Shown: positions 1 through 14,330 of the stretch, piece by piece | Position numbering within the stretch: the first letter of the stretch is position 1 | Layout: the number at the start of each line of letters is the position of its first letter | Assembly (NCBI GenBank): GCA_965655095.1 | Contig: OZ296650.1 | Coordinates: 63,488,001-63,552,000 of the forward strand | DNA length: 64,000 bases | Direction: 5' to 3' | DNA from: Haplodiscus bocki | Taxonomy: Eukaryota | Translations under genes and position numbers: made by a program | The notes under the pieces: generated by a model | Told to the model about the DNA's origin: nothing | Database searches by the model: none | The model's input: the letters and a program-made list of their open reading frames with translations, nothing else

Positions 1-3000
1 TTCTCAATGGATATTGGTGATTGCATTAGTGAGTTTCTAATTTCTCTTTCTCAGGATAATCCTTGTCGACTGACTCATTTCCCACTCATTCTCTCTCAGA
101 CTTAAAATCGACGATATTGTGTGCAACTAGAACAATACAGGCAATGAATAGACTGAATGAGAAAAAGCTAGAAATACCCCAGATAAACCCACCCCAGTAT
201 GGGCAACATCAACGATATTACTTCTTCCACCCAGGAAAAAACAAGGAGTGATACGGAACAATTCCGGAAAGTCTACGGAACGTACCACAAAGGCGTTGCA
301 GCTGATCCAGTACCCCATTCAACTCTGCCAACATAAAATATGCTTCGCACACACACACACTACTGATTGCCCAAACACAAATCCGACGGGAATGCCCACT
401 ATTCATTGGAAGATTCGGCAACTGAGCTTTTTCTGCCACACTGACGGAACGACAAAAACAAACAATCTAATGCCCAATGGCATGCACAACAGTGGCGGCA
501 GGATTCGGTGACGAATTAATCTAACAGGCAAAAACGAGGTGAAATCTGGAACCAATGAGGAACAATACCGGTAAATTCCTCATTTGAACATGAATATTAC
601 CATCATCAAAAGCCTGCTCCAGTAGCTCCCAACTTCGAGTACGACTGTAGACAACTTCAGAGACGTCAGACTGAAGCCCGCAACTAGCGATACCAGGCGT
701 CTAAACAGAAGTCTCCCCACCCCCCCCCCCCAGTCGATACGTCATCTCTTCCGGACTCTAGGAGCAAATTCGGCATCACCTGCAAAAACGAGGATAATAA
801 ACCACTGCCCCAAAAACAAATCCACAATGTAGATTAGAGAGAATCTAACTCTCAAGAGGAGCCGTGAGAGATCTGTTTCTAGAAGCCCCTTTCCGGACAT
901 CCTCTTCCGAAGTGGGAGCAACAACTTCAAACTGGGATCACGACCGAGTCAATCCGAAAAATCCCGGAGATATCCAGACGAACAAATGGCTCCCCAGAAC
1001 AATTATACGCTAAAACACAATAGCCTCACGATGTCATCTTCATGAAGAGGTGCGCACTGATTACTAGCTTATGGAAAATATGAGTGCACAATATTATTCC
1101 AGCAAACCAAAAGCTAATGAGGTATGAAGATTTGAAAATTCACATTGCGGAGGTAAAGCGGTGTCAAAAACACGCTCAGACAAAGTCAGTCCCTCCAGTC
1201 CTGTTCCCGGAAAATCCCTGAGAAAATGAAACACTGCAACTGTAACCCGGAGATCGCCTACGCGGGAGCACCAAGAACAACATCGACACCCTCACCTTCG
1301 ATGTCGGCTTTTTCTCCGCATCTTCATGAGTTTCGCCATGATCTCCAACCACAAGCTATTCCAGAACTTCACCCGGATTCCCGGACCCTCCTTGTCCATA
1401 TCCCCAAGAAATTTTTCTTCAAGGGCACATGGAGGTTGATAGAAATAAAAAAATGAGTTCTGGCAGAACCTACAACTGACACAGCATCTGCTTGGATGAA
1501 GTGATCGCCTCATGCAGGATCACAGTTTCTCAGAAGTTCCATGGAATAGCAACACTTGACTATCAATTGCTGGATTAACATGCCTTATTAATATATTACG
1601 TACTAATTACAATTTTGATGAATTTGTCTGCCAGCAATGACATCAGCATGATATTTCAAGGAACCATTGAGGAACGAAACTAAAAGTTTCCTCATTTAAA
1701 ATTTTGCTTTCCTTGACTTTTGTACACAGTAACACCCTCAAATTCTACTCACTATTACTTAACTTCATCAATTTTACCTTTCAATACGGAAACTACTAAG
1801 AATTTCCCAGCCGAGGAGAAAACTACGGAGAACCTACGTATGTACTCCGTCACTTGACAACGTACTCTTGGTGAAGTCGTCAACTCTCATCGGCGAGAAT
1901 AATTCTTCATTTATGATTAAAATTGGTACCGGCGATTGGTTATCTTGTGAACTCTGGACAAGTGTGATTTCTATCTGGAACAATCATCAATGAGCAGAGG
2001 GCATCGAAACAGAAAAGAAGATTGACCATGGGAATGTCCTTTCACAAAGAGGGGGAGTGTCGCATTATATCCGGGAAGCCTACGAGCATACAGAAAGAAA
2101 AGGACATCCCCAGATTGCCTGAAAATTACAAGAAACTGTATCAATACTTTAGGTTTTTCCACTGCCATTCATATAATAATACTGCAGTAATATTTCATTG
2201 CTTTTACATGTAGTTGATACGTATCAAATACGTATCACTCCCCAGTACATTTTCATACAAATTCTACGTATTTTATACGTAGCACTCCCGTGTATTGAAC
2301 CAGATTGGGACGCAACTTTTACGTAACGAACACGTACCTACCTAGCAGCTACTCTAAGCTAGGAATGAATATTTTGTTACGTACGCGTTACGTGGCTACC
2401 GATCTGGTGACGTCACAAAACTTTCAACCAATCTGCTGTGCTTTTGCGCTGTTTCACTTTGGACGGACACGGGACGTCTACGTAGCCACCAGAATCATTC
2501 TCCTCAGTAGTATTGCGGAAGGCAGTGCTACAGGCGGCTACGTAGTCGCCACGGAACGCTCCGGCCAAATTGAGGCTTGAGCTGGTAGAAACGTGGAACG
2601 TACTAGGGAAAAGCCTAGTTTTGTTCCCAACAGTGGATTTAATGGATGCAGTATGTAACCATATGAAAACATGAACTTTTCTGAGCATTTACATGTATTT
2701 TATTTCATGTATTTCATTTATTCTTGATGTATTCTTTTTAATTTCTACTGATGGAAAACCTGTTTGATCTTTGGTATGTTAATATTAAAAGCCTAGTTTC
2801 GTTCCGAAAGTGGATTAAATCGATGCAATAGTATTACCAAGCATGTAATTATGACTTTGCATGATTATTTTAGTGTATTTTACTTAATCTTGGTGCATTT
2901 TCCAATACTTTCCTCTTATGGAAAATCCTTTTGATCATTTGTTTATGTTATTATTTATTGTGTCGGCGCGGGAATAAGCACTTTGATATCCATTTCCGAC

Positions 3001-3443
3001 TGATCAGACCCGTATATTTTCCGTCGAAAGATGGAAAAGACGCGGTCTGTAAAGGAAGAAATGGAGGGAAAGTTGTTTATTTCCCGCCAGAGTCGGCATA
3101 TTTCCTTTGTAATTATTATAATTAAAGTACTTTTCCCTACTTTGTACCTTTACTTGGCGTGTAAACAATTTTGTTTCCCGCCAAGGAAAAGGTATAAATA
3201 GAAGAAATGAAATTAGTAAAGGAGGAGATCCTTAATATCACTTTGATTATCAGTTGACTGTACTGATTGCGACTAGTTGTTTATTTTAAAGAATAACATT
3301 TTGTTATAATGTCAAGTTTATTAACAAATACAAAATAATCCAGTCTTCATAACTGAGTAGCATTTTCCCTTCAAATAGATGGCAACGGTTGAGAAACAAA
3401 CGAAAGTTGGCAGCCGTAACAAGAGAAACACAAGAGGAAAATC
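1..3443 (+). mobile_element. 3' part of a Ty3/gypsy LTR retrotransposon (copy A): accessory region, PPT and LTR carrying the gag start; cut by the N gap
   Basis: Collinear homology with the reverse complement of ~40740-43860, e.g. 'gatgtcatcttcatgaagaggtgcgcactg' (~1030), 'aatttgtctgccagcaatgacatcagc' (~1621) and the 2400-2600 block. PPT 'acaaagagggggag' precedes TGTCGCA at 2058. A frameshifted gag start MAT-LRNKRKLAAVTRETQEE begins at 3379. Confidence 0.85.
2058..3443 (+). repeat. LTR of copy A (end lost in the gap)
   Basis: Starts TGTCGCA directly after the polypurine tract. TATAAATA at 3193-3200 and the CRE/CCAAT region are homologous to LTRs 40336-42101 and 53695-55462. Confidence 0.85.
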
Positions 3444-3643
3444 NNNNNNNNNNNNNNNNNNNNNNNNNNNNNNNNNNNNNNNNNNNNNNNNNNNNNNNNN
3501 NNNNNNNNNNNNNNNNNNNNNNNNNNNNNNNNNNNNNNNNNNNNNNNNNNNNNNNNNNNNNNNNNNNNNNNNNNNNNNNNNNNNNNNNNNNNNNNNNNNN
3601 NNNNNNNNNNNNNNNNNNNNNNNNNNNNNNNNNNNNNNNNNNN
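3444..3643. other. Assembly gap (200 N)
   Basis: Run of N. Confidence 1.
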
Positions 3644-3719
3644 ACACATACACACTCAACAGCCGGTTGACTATCCCAAGGTGACCACGTCTCATCAGGC
3701 TGCGAACACGAAGCTAGTA

Positions 3720-5310
3720 CCCCATTCTCAAGTGCTTCTCATGGACTACGACCCCGACGAATATGAGCCCCATTATCTGCCAGTCCTCCACTAACAGCTA
3801 GAGTTGATGCCAAGCGATCGTGCCCAACTCACAAGAAGTACAACAGTCCGTCAACACTGGATAATATAGAAGAAACTATCCTCAGCTTGATATTTTGGAT
3901 AAAATTTTGTGGGTGAAATTTGATTTAAGGCAAGAGTATGGGATCATAACAACTCTACCTTTAAGCAGATAGTCTTCTCCAATATTTCTTTGCCCAATGC
4001 AAACGGAACGGGAAGTAAGAAACGTTGGTTGCGTTGCGTCGATTTAACCACTTCATCAAGCGTGATCGTAGAGAGAACCACTTTGTAGGGATAATTTCTG
4101 ACGCTTTGCAACATATGACCGGAAGGAAGGAAATCTGTAAACTCGATTGCTCTCAGGCATTTCAATAGCTCTCACATCAATCAGTGAAATATCTGATTTT
4201 TCATTTCGTTCAAGAACATCTGCTTCCAAACGATATCCTCATTGTTTAAATAGGCCTTTCTTAGCGTTTATTTGTGTAACTTCCTAATACTTGGACGCAG
4301 TAGTGGAAGCAAATCGAGATCGATGGGTCCAGTAGGTAGACGATATTGGCGTGACCGCTCACACCACACGGCAATTTATCGGAAACCTCCAACAAACCCA
4401 GAAAAGACGCTTAAAGTTTTCCATTATGAATGGTTGGTTCGGTCAACAACATATTGCATTTTGAGAGGAGATTTCCTCCACAACAAGTATCACAATGATT
4501 AAAGTAACTAAATCTCCCAACTAGTGTGAAAGCAGTACTTTGGTACTTTGATTTTGTCAACTTTCATCACCAGTGTACTGCTAGGCTAGCCGATTTATTT
4601 CTTCTATCACAAAAACTTTTCAGACAAAACGTCAAATTCGAACTGTCGTTACTTCACGAAAGTACAAGGTTTGAATTGAATGAAAAGATACTTTAAGTCT
4701 CTGGACTCTCTTTGAAACTGGCCCTACTGGAGATGCAGGTAGTCTGATGAAATGCTAGTGAGTACGTTGCCGGCTATGTCTTCCTGATTTAGGATTACAC
4801 GAGCGAGGAAGTTCTAGTCTTTTGACGCCAGTTCTTTTATCTAGTTTTTAGTGGACACTCTACTTTTTTTAATGAAAACCCCCACAATTGAAGTACTTCG
4901 TTTTTTAAGACCGAGGCGCTAACCCTGTAATGTTTTTTCCACAAGAAGTCCAGACCTTTTACCTTATCTCTTTGGTTCTGACACTTACCCTCGACAGAGC
5001 GTACCAACGGCCTTTCACGATTACTTACACCTTTGAAAAACATTTCTCGAAAGAGTTTTTAACAAAAATCAACCCCTTGGTTTTCAACCACTGCCTATTT
5101 TTCGGAAACCCATCTACTAAAATTATGTGCAAAAAGGTATACCGAAATGTATCACAAAACGAAGACAGGTTGAAAGTTGTTACGAGAAAAACAATTTTCA
5201 CCAATTTTTGTCGAAAAGGCCAAGATTCTCCAAAAACGTTCCCATTTATGTTTCGATCATTGGATGCGTTGCCGATCTGAGCCGTTACTGTCTTTTTTCT
5301 GATAACAAAT
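3720..5310 (+). pseudogene. Heavily decayed Ty3/gypsy RT-RNase H remnant
   Basis: Broken translation FFAQCKRNGK..ISDALQHMTGRKEICKLDCSQAF matches the window's own pol (IFAQRKPNGN..LSDAAQHLAGKSLFCKLDCPQAY). An ADLSR motif lies near 5270. Confidence 0.75.
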
Positions 5311-8300
5311 AGCCCTACTGAAGTTGTTCAAATGATGCCACCCAAAAAACACCACAGGACAATCACAATACCACAGGATAATATACCAGAAGACAAAAAA
5401 CCAGAGTGATCAAATACCACACGGAGAAGATACCAAAATTTGATTGCCTCCCTAATCACCACTATATATTTTGAACCTATTTACCACTAGTTGATTGTAA
5501 TTGAATTCAAAGATCAAAAGAAGCAATCGAAATTTTGGATTTTTTTGAAGAACTGGTATAGTTAGAGTTGACATTTTTAAACTGTGCAAAATTTTGATAT
5601 AGTTTTTCAAAAGTTGATTTCTTTCAAGTTTCAGCAAGATTGTGACTTTGTGGTACAGATTGCCCGTTTAATCTCCGCGTTTTTGGGAGAAGCCAACTAT
5701 TACAGTGACTTTTTTTACTACAAAAAGCATCCAATTCTATCAAAAGTTGCCTATATTTTATATCCTCGTTGACATTTCTGACGCAACATGAAAACGAAAT
5801 TTGAAGAACTCTGTGACGCCTCTTTTTTGGAAATGCCAAGTTTTTTATCAGTTAATGTGTTCTTTCCAAAAATTCACAGATCATTTCAAAGACCAAACAC
5901 TCAAAACCAACAAACTAATTCACCGACCTTCTCAGGCAATTTAACCGACCAGTACTTCGATATTAGACAAAGAATACTGGTAATCTCTAAGAAGGTTACC
6001 CCCCTGCAGAAGATTTCAAGTTTATTGAGCGGCGGCCTTTTTACCACTCTTCTCGACTCCTTAGGAAATCTTATCATGAAGGTTCATAAAAATGAGAATT
6101 GATATTGTTGCATTCTTAGTTACCAAAAATCCAAGTTTGAAGAAAGCGTAAACTGAAAATTTTGAAAATGATTTGCTTTCTGAGTTCAGTTAAGATTGGA
6201 AGCTGTTTTAACACAAAACTTGTTGTACATATAATCGCAACATCATAACCCAAGCTCAATTCCAGTGGCTAAATGGCTATTTGTTTATCAGCAAAATGCC
6301 AATTTTCAGACTACCGTCTAAATGGTTACAGAAACTGTAAAAGATAAAAAGTTAAATTTCAGAGGTTTGTAGTTTTTGTAGTTGTCTGCTGCTACATATA
6401 CTTTTCGTGAAACCTCCTTGTACTGATTTGTCTGTAATCAATTAATGTCAGACGACGTTCTTGCGTAGGAAGAGTTTGAACGGGAACTCGTCGTTTGGGA
6501 GATTCTTGTCGAGCTGTTGGTGATCAGAACAATTTCGTGAGTTTCCAATTGGATCATAGAGTGGTACCTTGGTTATTCTAGTCAACCAATTCAGGCGTTA
6601 GCCGGTAGGTTTCTTGGTCGCACCTGTCGCAAGCGTTATTCGTATTTTTTTTCGACGAAAGATATTCAAGAATGTGCCTGCCGGTAGCAGGTTTTGCCAT
6701 TTCTTCGTATTCTTTTGTTAGAAGAAAAACCCATAACAAAAGAACGTAATTGAATTTTTATTTGAAGTACTGAATGTTGCAATGGACAGTTTGTAAATCA
6801 GTAGCGACTCGGTTTAAAAACCGAAACAAAAGTGCGAGTATTGTACCAATAAAAAGATTGTGTGATTACTGATTGCACAAGTTGAGTCTTGTTGGGGACA
6901 GATTCAGGTAATCAGGTGACTGATGGCAAAATGCAGTATTTCTGCCATTGAGTTCTCATTGGCTCTTTGGTTATAGCATCATTTAACTAATTAAGATTTC
7001 AAACGCAAATTTGCCACCATAGTGTCATAGGTATGATATTAAAAATTGAGTATAATTGTTTCAGAAAATAAATAAGGCAGATGAAATTTTTTTTCGATGA
7101 AACAAGCAAAATTATTTCTTGATAAAACAAAAAATAAGCTTGATGAGAAATGGTTTACGGCACTTGCTACAAATTACATCAGAAAACGTCCATGTGATAA
7201 TATCATTAAAGGTCAAAACAAAAAGGGGTATCGAAAATTGTCTGTTAGTTGTTGAATCAACTGAATCGGCGCCGGGACATCTGAATGTGTAGGTATCAGC
7301 ACAGAGATATTCTGGGGCAGAATAAAAAACTTCTCGGCCAAAACGTTTTCTGGGATCGGACTGATACATTTGAAAACGGCCGTTTAGCTTGAAAACTGAA
7401 TTCGCGTAACAGTATCGCTGAAATATCGGAAAAAATCTGTTTTCCAATATGTTGAATGAGTCATAGAATACACAACGGGAGATGTCGGCTCACCTTCATC
7501 ATGTAAGTGTCATAGGTCAAACATCGGGATTGCCTGTTTAGCACTGTCATGTCTGAGTCACAGTTCAGACATCAGGAATTGTCTGCCTAGTAATGTCATG
7601 TATGAATCATCGGTCAGTTATCGGAAACATATATTTAGGGGACTAATTCCGCTAATCGAACGAAGAGGATGGGTAATACCACGCTGATACTGGTACGGGT
7701 TTTTATCTTTTGTTTTCCATCGGTAAGTCAGATTCCGGAATACCTGATGTACTGTTAATTGTCTCCCGTGCTTCACGGATTGTTAGCGCGGTTTTTGTTT
7801 CACCTCTGTCCAATCCTCATTGTTTGTTCTATAGAGACTGCCAGGTGAATGAGGTTTACCCCAAAAGTCGTTGTGTAATTTATAGCTAAAAAGAGTGCTC
7901 TGTGGAAATGACGGAAGCGGACGTTGTCCGTTTTAATGCAAATTCAGGCCCTCGGCTTGATAAACAGTCTCTTTAGTGAAATGATTTGATAAAAGCGGGC
8001 ATTTGTAAGGAAATGCGTTTCCCGTCGAAGCTTCTGGTTGTGTTCGAGAGAAATCCAATTTTTTTTCGCACGTCTGAGTTTCAATCAAGCTTTGGCGCTA
8101 ACAAATGTCATTTCTTGGTACTTTCGAACTTTTTGTTTGGTATTATTGCAACTGTCACAACTGTCAGTTTTTTGTATGCTCAGCAATACTTGTTCTGGAA
8201 ACTTACTGTTTTTGTTATATATAACAAATTGGTGTTCGCATCGGATGAAGTTGTATGACAGATTTGCATTTTTAGGATTATGCCATTTGTGGCACCAAAA

Positions 8301-10390
8301 TTTGCAATATTAACCTAAAAGAGCAATATCGTCAAACATATGTAACATAGACGTGGTTTTACAGGTATGTAGACAACTCATGTTTCCCTCATGCGAGTTG
8401 GGCAGCTATCTTTTTATTGAGATATTTTTGATGATTAGAATGCGTTACATTCTTTTTTATAGTGTGGTTTTTTTGTCCCGTGGTATTTTGCTGGCAGCAA
8501 TTTTTCTGACTTTTAAAAAACTTTTCTCAAAAGCTTTCTCGTCACCACTATCTTTAAATTTCAAATGATTCTCTTCGTTACTAATAAGTTGATAGACAAC
8601 TAAAACGACTCTTGTTTTCAGTAATGCATCATTGATTTTTTTCATAATATGATTTCTGCAAAAAATGTTTCATTATGTTTCTCATTATTCAATTAAATCA
8701 TGAAAGTTCATTCGACAAGCAGGGTATCAATTGAACTGTTCAGGACATATTTTTTTATCTTTATTATATCTATTTGCTGATAGGAAGATCTTGTTGGATC
8801 ACCAAAGATTTTCTATTTAACCGTTAGACTTCCTACTTGGAGGTCTAAAAACTATAATCTCAGGGGTCAAACTGCTTCCAGGTTGATCGCAATATTAGAT
8901 CGTAAATTTTCTATCTGGCAAAATCGGATTTTTCATCAAATTGGCGTGCGTTATTCAGTGTTTTTCAATTGACCTAATAATCCAAAATTTTAACTATAAA
9001 CGATTCGGTACGAATACTGAGAACATAGGAGATTTTCACTGTTACTTGCAATTTTATTTTCCGTGTTTAAAAAATTCGTAAAAAAATTCAATTCATTAAA
9101 TGGAATTTTTCCTCTTCCTGAAGTTGCTCAAGGCGCGCAGAAGCGTCAGCAGAATCCTTGGCTGCTTGCATAAGATATAAGTGTTGTTAGAAGACAGGTG
9201 GTGGGTTTGAATCTCGCTGTCAGCCTTAATTAGTACATAATTTATTTACTCATTAAAGCCTTCTTTATTTTGATAGCAAAACTTTTTTTTTCAAAAAAAA
9301 ATTAGTGTTTCTGACGAGTACGTTTTTTCCTCAAAAAATGCGTTTTCGACGTTTTAAAAAAATTGTTTTCCCTGAAATAATTCCAAAAAATTTCGAAAAG
9401 CTGAAAACAAATTGAAAATTTGAAAAACTGCCAGAAGAAGTAATTGAACAGTTAAACAATTGAACTTTTTTAGGTTTTTAGGGTTTTTAGGTTTTAAGGT
9501 TTCTTGGTATCACTTTTTTTCACTATCGTAGTTTCTTTGGAGTGAAGAAAAGAGTTACTTCGATTTTTTTCTTCTGGAACATATCTCTCTGTAATCTCCA
9601 GATTCACGGAACGCCAAAAAGTGCAATTAGTTTTGAAGAATTTCCTCAACGTTCGTCCAACGATTTTTTGGAATTAAAAAGTAAATGATTTGTTTCTTGC
9701 GTTGCATTTTTGATAGTTCAACAAGGCCAAAGAACTGTATTCGTTTTGACATTTTCTCGAGATTCCAACTCATCGTTCGCGATAATCACTGACTTGATTT
9801 CTCATCCAAATTCTCAATGTAGGCAGCTTTCTGTTTTTGTTGAACATTTCGATTTGAAGATGATTGTTTTTTTCATTGCGTCGAAATCCTGATAATCCGA
9901 GAATGTCAAAATGCTATTAACAATTAAAATTCTTCATAACTCCACGCGTGATTTTATTCTACCAAGGTTGTAATCGTAAAATTTCTAGTTTTTGAAGAGT
10001 ATTGGTATGAAAAACTAAAGAACCCGTTCCCGCATTGGAGTCCTGATAGCCCAAAAATGACGGAAAAAATTTAATAATGGGTTGATATTGGTTTCTAGAC
10101 TCATGTTTGCCAGAACAGCTGACTTGCTTTCTTGCTTCAAAGTCACAGTCTAAAACTTTTATTGTGTTGGATTACTGCATTGAAAACTTTTGATTGTTTT
10201 TCCGTGCAGTGGATTTATGATGAATCAGAATTGCCAGAAATGGTTTTTAGTTTTGACAAGACTCGATAATGGAATCGTAATTTAGCTCCATTTGTAATAT
10301 GCAAGAAAACTTATTCATTCAGTTCAGTGTACAGTGGGGTCAATTCTTTTTTCAGTGCAAAACTGCCAACTCCTTTTATTCAAAAATAAA

Positions 10391-10460
10391 TGACAGCAGT
10401 AGGGTTAGGACAACAGCGTTCTCAAGCAGTAGGTTTGGGGTTCGAGTCTCTGTCCTGCCA
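10391..10460 (+). other. tRNA-like / Pol III (SINE-head-like) segment directly upstream of the satellite
   Basis: B-box GGTTCGAGTC at 10439-10448, a weak A-box-like region upstream and a CCA end. No convincing cloverleaf. Confidence 0.35.
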
Positions 10461-10481
10461 AAAATTTTTACGATTTATCCC

Positions 10482-11210
10482 TAACTTTTTTCGATGCCCG
10501 AATTTGTTGAGTTACTAAAGGATTCACCTACGAACTTTTTCGGGACTGTGGGACAAAATTTTTTCGACGGAATATCTTGACACCCCCCCCCCCCTCTTAT
10601 CCAAACTTTTTCGGTACCCGAAATTATTGCAACAGTAAAGGATTCCGTACGGAGATTTTCGGCAATGTGAGACAAAAGTTTTCGATGGAAAATCTTGATA
10701 CTCCCCTCCCCCCTCTTGTCCACCCCTCCCCCTCTTGTCTATAAACTTTTTTGCTACCCGAAATTAATGCAACTGTAAAGGATTCCCCTACGGAAATTTT
10801 CGGCACTGTGAGACAAAAAATTTTCGACGGAAAATCTTGATACCCCCCCTCCTCCTATCCAAACTTTTTCGCTACCGGAAATTACTGCAACAGTAAAGGA
10901 TTCCTCTACGAAAATTTTCGGCACTGAGACAAAAAAATTTTGACGGAAAATCTTGATACTCCCCCCCCCCCCTCTTATCCATAAACTTTTTCGCTACCGG
11001 AAATATTCTGAAACACAGCACAGAAAGGTTCCCTTACGAAATTTTTCGGCACTGTGAGACAAAATTTCTGGCGGAAAATCTTGATGCTCCCCCCGCCCCT
11101 CTTATCCATAAATTTTTTCGATACCAGAAATTTTGTGAAACAAAGAAGGGTTCCCCCACGAAGTTTTTCGGTATTGTGAGACAAAACAATTTTGACGGAA
11201 AATCGTGATA
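10482..11210. repeat. Tandem repeat, ~6 units of ~120-140 bp
   Basis: Recurrent unit 'aactttttcgctacc..aaatt..aaaggattcc..acgaa..tttcggcactgtgagacaaaa..ttcgacggaaaatcttgatac-polyC-tcttatcc' starting ~10484, 10603, 10743, 10861, 10983, 11109. Confidence 0.95.
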
Positions 11211-13350
11211 CTTTTTGCATAAAGTACAGAAATCAGTGGTCAAATTGATGTTTGTAAAAACTTTGCAAACTAATAACAAAACAATAGTTTTTGTTTTTAA
11301 CCGTTTGCAAAAGTTGATGAAAATATTTGTAGTTGGGCGAAAAATATGCGGGTGCTAGCCGGTCTTGTTGTATATTCGAGCAGTCTTTTCTACGGCCCAT
11401 TGACGGAAAATATCGCAATGCTTCTGTTCCCATTGTAATATGTGTTTCTCAATCACCTTTTCTAACAACCTGAGAACAATTTTCTCGTCTCCGATTAAGT
11501 GAGTCAACATAAAACCGTTAAACTGCAGTACTGTTTTATCTGTATTATCATGACATTTTGTGCTTGTTCAACCTTTGAAATTTCTCATCTTTCGCCCAAT
11601 ATTTTCTAAGGAACTCTTTTGCTTTTCCAGCTACGGTGTTTTTCTTTCAAATATCGAATGCTCGTGAAAATATTCGGTCAATTACTCGGACATTTTGAGA
11701 AAAAAACTCAGTGAATTGCTTGGAAATCATTTAATTGACTGGATTCCTTGATTTTCAGAATATTCAAGGAATCCAGTCAATTACGTTATTTCAAAATATT
11801 CAAAACACGATATTCAACATTTTCCAAAATTCTTGTTTCCTTTTTGATTGCTTTGATTTTGGTACAAGTCACAAAAGAAATAAACTGAGAGGCTCCTCTC
11901 TGCTCTCATCAACTGCAGCAGCTTTTGAGAATTAGCTGTCTATAGTGAAACCAACTGCTAGTCTTCCGTTAACTCTCGCAATTTGCAAATTTGAGTAGAT
12001 GCCAGTAAAGGCTGTCAAAAAAATCTTTTTAGCATGCTTCGTTTAATATCATTATATCAGACAATTACCTGATTGTCTGTTGGGCTGCCAAATTTTTGAC
12101 CAAAACGCCAAACATACTCCCATTAGCCTGTACCTAAGTTACGGCGAATTCATAGCACAATCTTCTTGATTTCGGTCTTTCAAAACTGTCACTGAAAAGG
12201 AATCGTCTCGATCATAAGTAGATTTGACATTGCCTCTCAACAAATGGAATCTGCCAGCACAAAACATAATTAAAAATTGAAAGTTTGCGTTTTTTACACT
12301 GTTGAAGAAATTTGTCTTTCTGGAAAACGTGGAATATTTTCAATGGAGTTATTTCGCAGTTTTTCCAACTAATCATTGACCTAGAACTTCTATTATGCAA
12401 AATGTCTAGCAATTTAGCCCAGGTATACATACCATCTGTCGTCCATTTAAGGTCAATGCAATGTTAATTGTAGTCAAGAATCGCTTACCATAACAGTCGT
12501 AGGAGTTAATTAGCCCATAACTATCATTTTTCCATGATTTAAAGAAATAAACTCTCCACTCGCCGATTTACAAAATGGCAACATTGCTTCACTCTGCCTT
12601 CGACAAAAATTTCACAGAGGCGAAGCTGTGCGTCGCAACACTTCAGCCAACGGAATACTAGTAAGCAAATCGACAAAGTATAACTAATTTTTGAAGGGGC
12701 CACGACACTACTGATAACAACTGTACAGAAACTTAGCTATTTCTTGTACATTTATATAAAAGTATGAAAAGCTATATTTCATTCGCTTCATATTTTTTCA
12801 AAAAAAAGTCTCAAAGTGACAAGGGTACACTCAGGTAGAGCATGCGACTGTGGTTAGAACCTTGACGTGTATAAATTTGTGATATGACGACCAAGTTTAT
12901 AATTTTCCTCCATCTGTTGAAATTAACGATGCTTTTTAAATACATGGGATTGCATTGACACTGTACGGAGGCTCTGCAGCCTATTAGTGACCGACTTCTC
13001 TGGTCCCTCACTCGAACTCGGGTTATTTAAAAAATCTCCCACTCTTTACCTGGCCCGGTGCACACGGTCCTTTTTGAAATTTTAGAAGAGCAACTATTTC
13101 ATTAGGAAAGGTAGTAAAAACTTTCGAAGCCAAAAATTTATTTGCATCTTTCATCTTAATGCAGTTATGAATTCAACTTAAATAGCACGTGGTTTCTTAC
13201 AACGGCTCAATTAACTCGTTGCTCATTTTTTGCAGATGGATTGAGAATAGAATAAACAAATGATTATTGGGCAATAGTTCGTATACAAAGTTTACGTTCA
13301 AAACATCTAGGATGCAATAGTAGTGTTCCGAGAGAATGCAAAGTTAACAA

Positions 13351-13575
13351 CTACCTATGCTTGGATTCTTCATCAGAGGGTACGGATCCTTCCTCTTCAT
13401 TTGCCGCAGCCCCTTCAGGTGATGAGACATTCTCTGTGTACAACTGTTTCGAACGAGATGAAGTGTTTGGTTCTGTTTTAGGGACTGATTGCTTTGGAAA
13501 ATACACATGAGTCAGCAATTCTTTATAAATTCGGTAATCAGTGTCAAGAAAACAACAGAAGACAACCAGATCAAT
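13351..13575 (-). CDS. MACROD: MacroD-type ADP-ribosylhydrolase, exon 5 (last; IDLVVFCCFLDTDYRIYKELL...KHR*)
   Basis: Acceptor ttcatttAG, phase 0. Typical MacroD C-terminal strand and helix, then an acidic tail. TAG at 13353-13351. Confidence 0.88.
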   Translation of the reverse strand: MDLVVFCCFLDTDYRIYKELLTHVYFPKQSVPKTEPNTSSRSKQLYTENVSSPEGAAANEEEGSVPSDEESKHR

Positions 13576-14142
13576 CTAAATGAAAAACAAACATCAACTA
13601 TGAATCAATCTTTTTGATACTCACATTCTACAAAGCAGACTAAAAATGGAGCAAACACTGCATTGACGGAAACGATATCATTATCATAAAATTTCGCAAA
13701 CGAAATGAAATTTTCCAAGCATCTCAAGTTGTGAAGAACAAGCCGGGAACGGCCCAGGTCGGCACCACCCGCAAGCGTATAAAAATACATGGGAGGATAC
13801 CTTTGGAGAATCACATTTTTCTCGTTAAACGTTTTGTCTCACTCGTTAATTAGTAAAATGTTTTGGAATACCCTTTCACAAATGGGTAAAAAACCAAACT
13901 TTTTCGCAAAACTGAGCGGTGGTTGATAACCAAAGTGATTTTTTGTAGAAAAAATTTTGCGTGGAATAAGCTATCTTGGAGGAAGTTGGTACGATCTCCC
14001 AAGTGTGAGCGTCAACGCCAAAGAGATGATGTATAATGTCTGGAATTTTTGTGGAAATAACAATACAGGGTTAGTTCTTCGGTCTAAAAATGAAGACTGT
14101 CATAATCGGGCTTTTTAGTAATCCCTACTCAAGACGAAATGC

Positions 14143-14330
14143 CTTTTTCCAGATTCTTACAAGAAGTTGCAAGACCATGCATTATTCCTTCAGAATTTTG
14201 CAAGATCTTACAAAAATAACCAATCTGGTAAGATTCTTGCGGATAAGGCGTTTCTTGAAAGATTCTTGCAAAAATTAGGTTGTCTGCAGAATTCCTGCAA
14301 AATTTACATCGTCTGCAAGAATCCTTCAAG
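14143..14330. repeat. Short intronic repeat built from palindromic TCTTGCAAGA-like units
   Basis: Repeated 'ttcttacaagaa', 'ttttgcaagatcttacaaaa', 'ttcttgcaaaa', 'ctgcaagaatcctt'. Confidence 0.65.

Noticed and set aside
3321-3695. ORFs spanning N runs (also 63199-63655)
   Set aside because: Assembly-gap artefacts.
9468-9500. Telomere-like TTTTAGG run
   Set aside because: Only ~4 degenerate units; low-complexity sequence.
10481-11279. ORFs over the satellite
   Set aside because: Translations of tandem repeat units.
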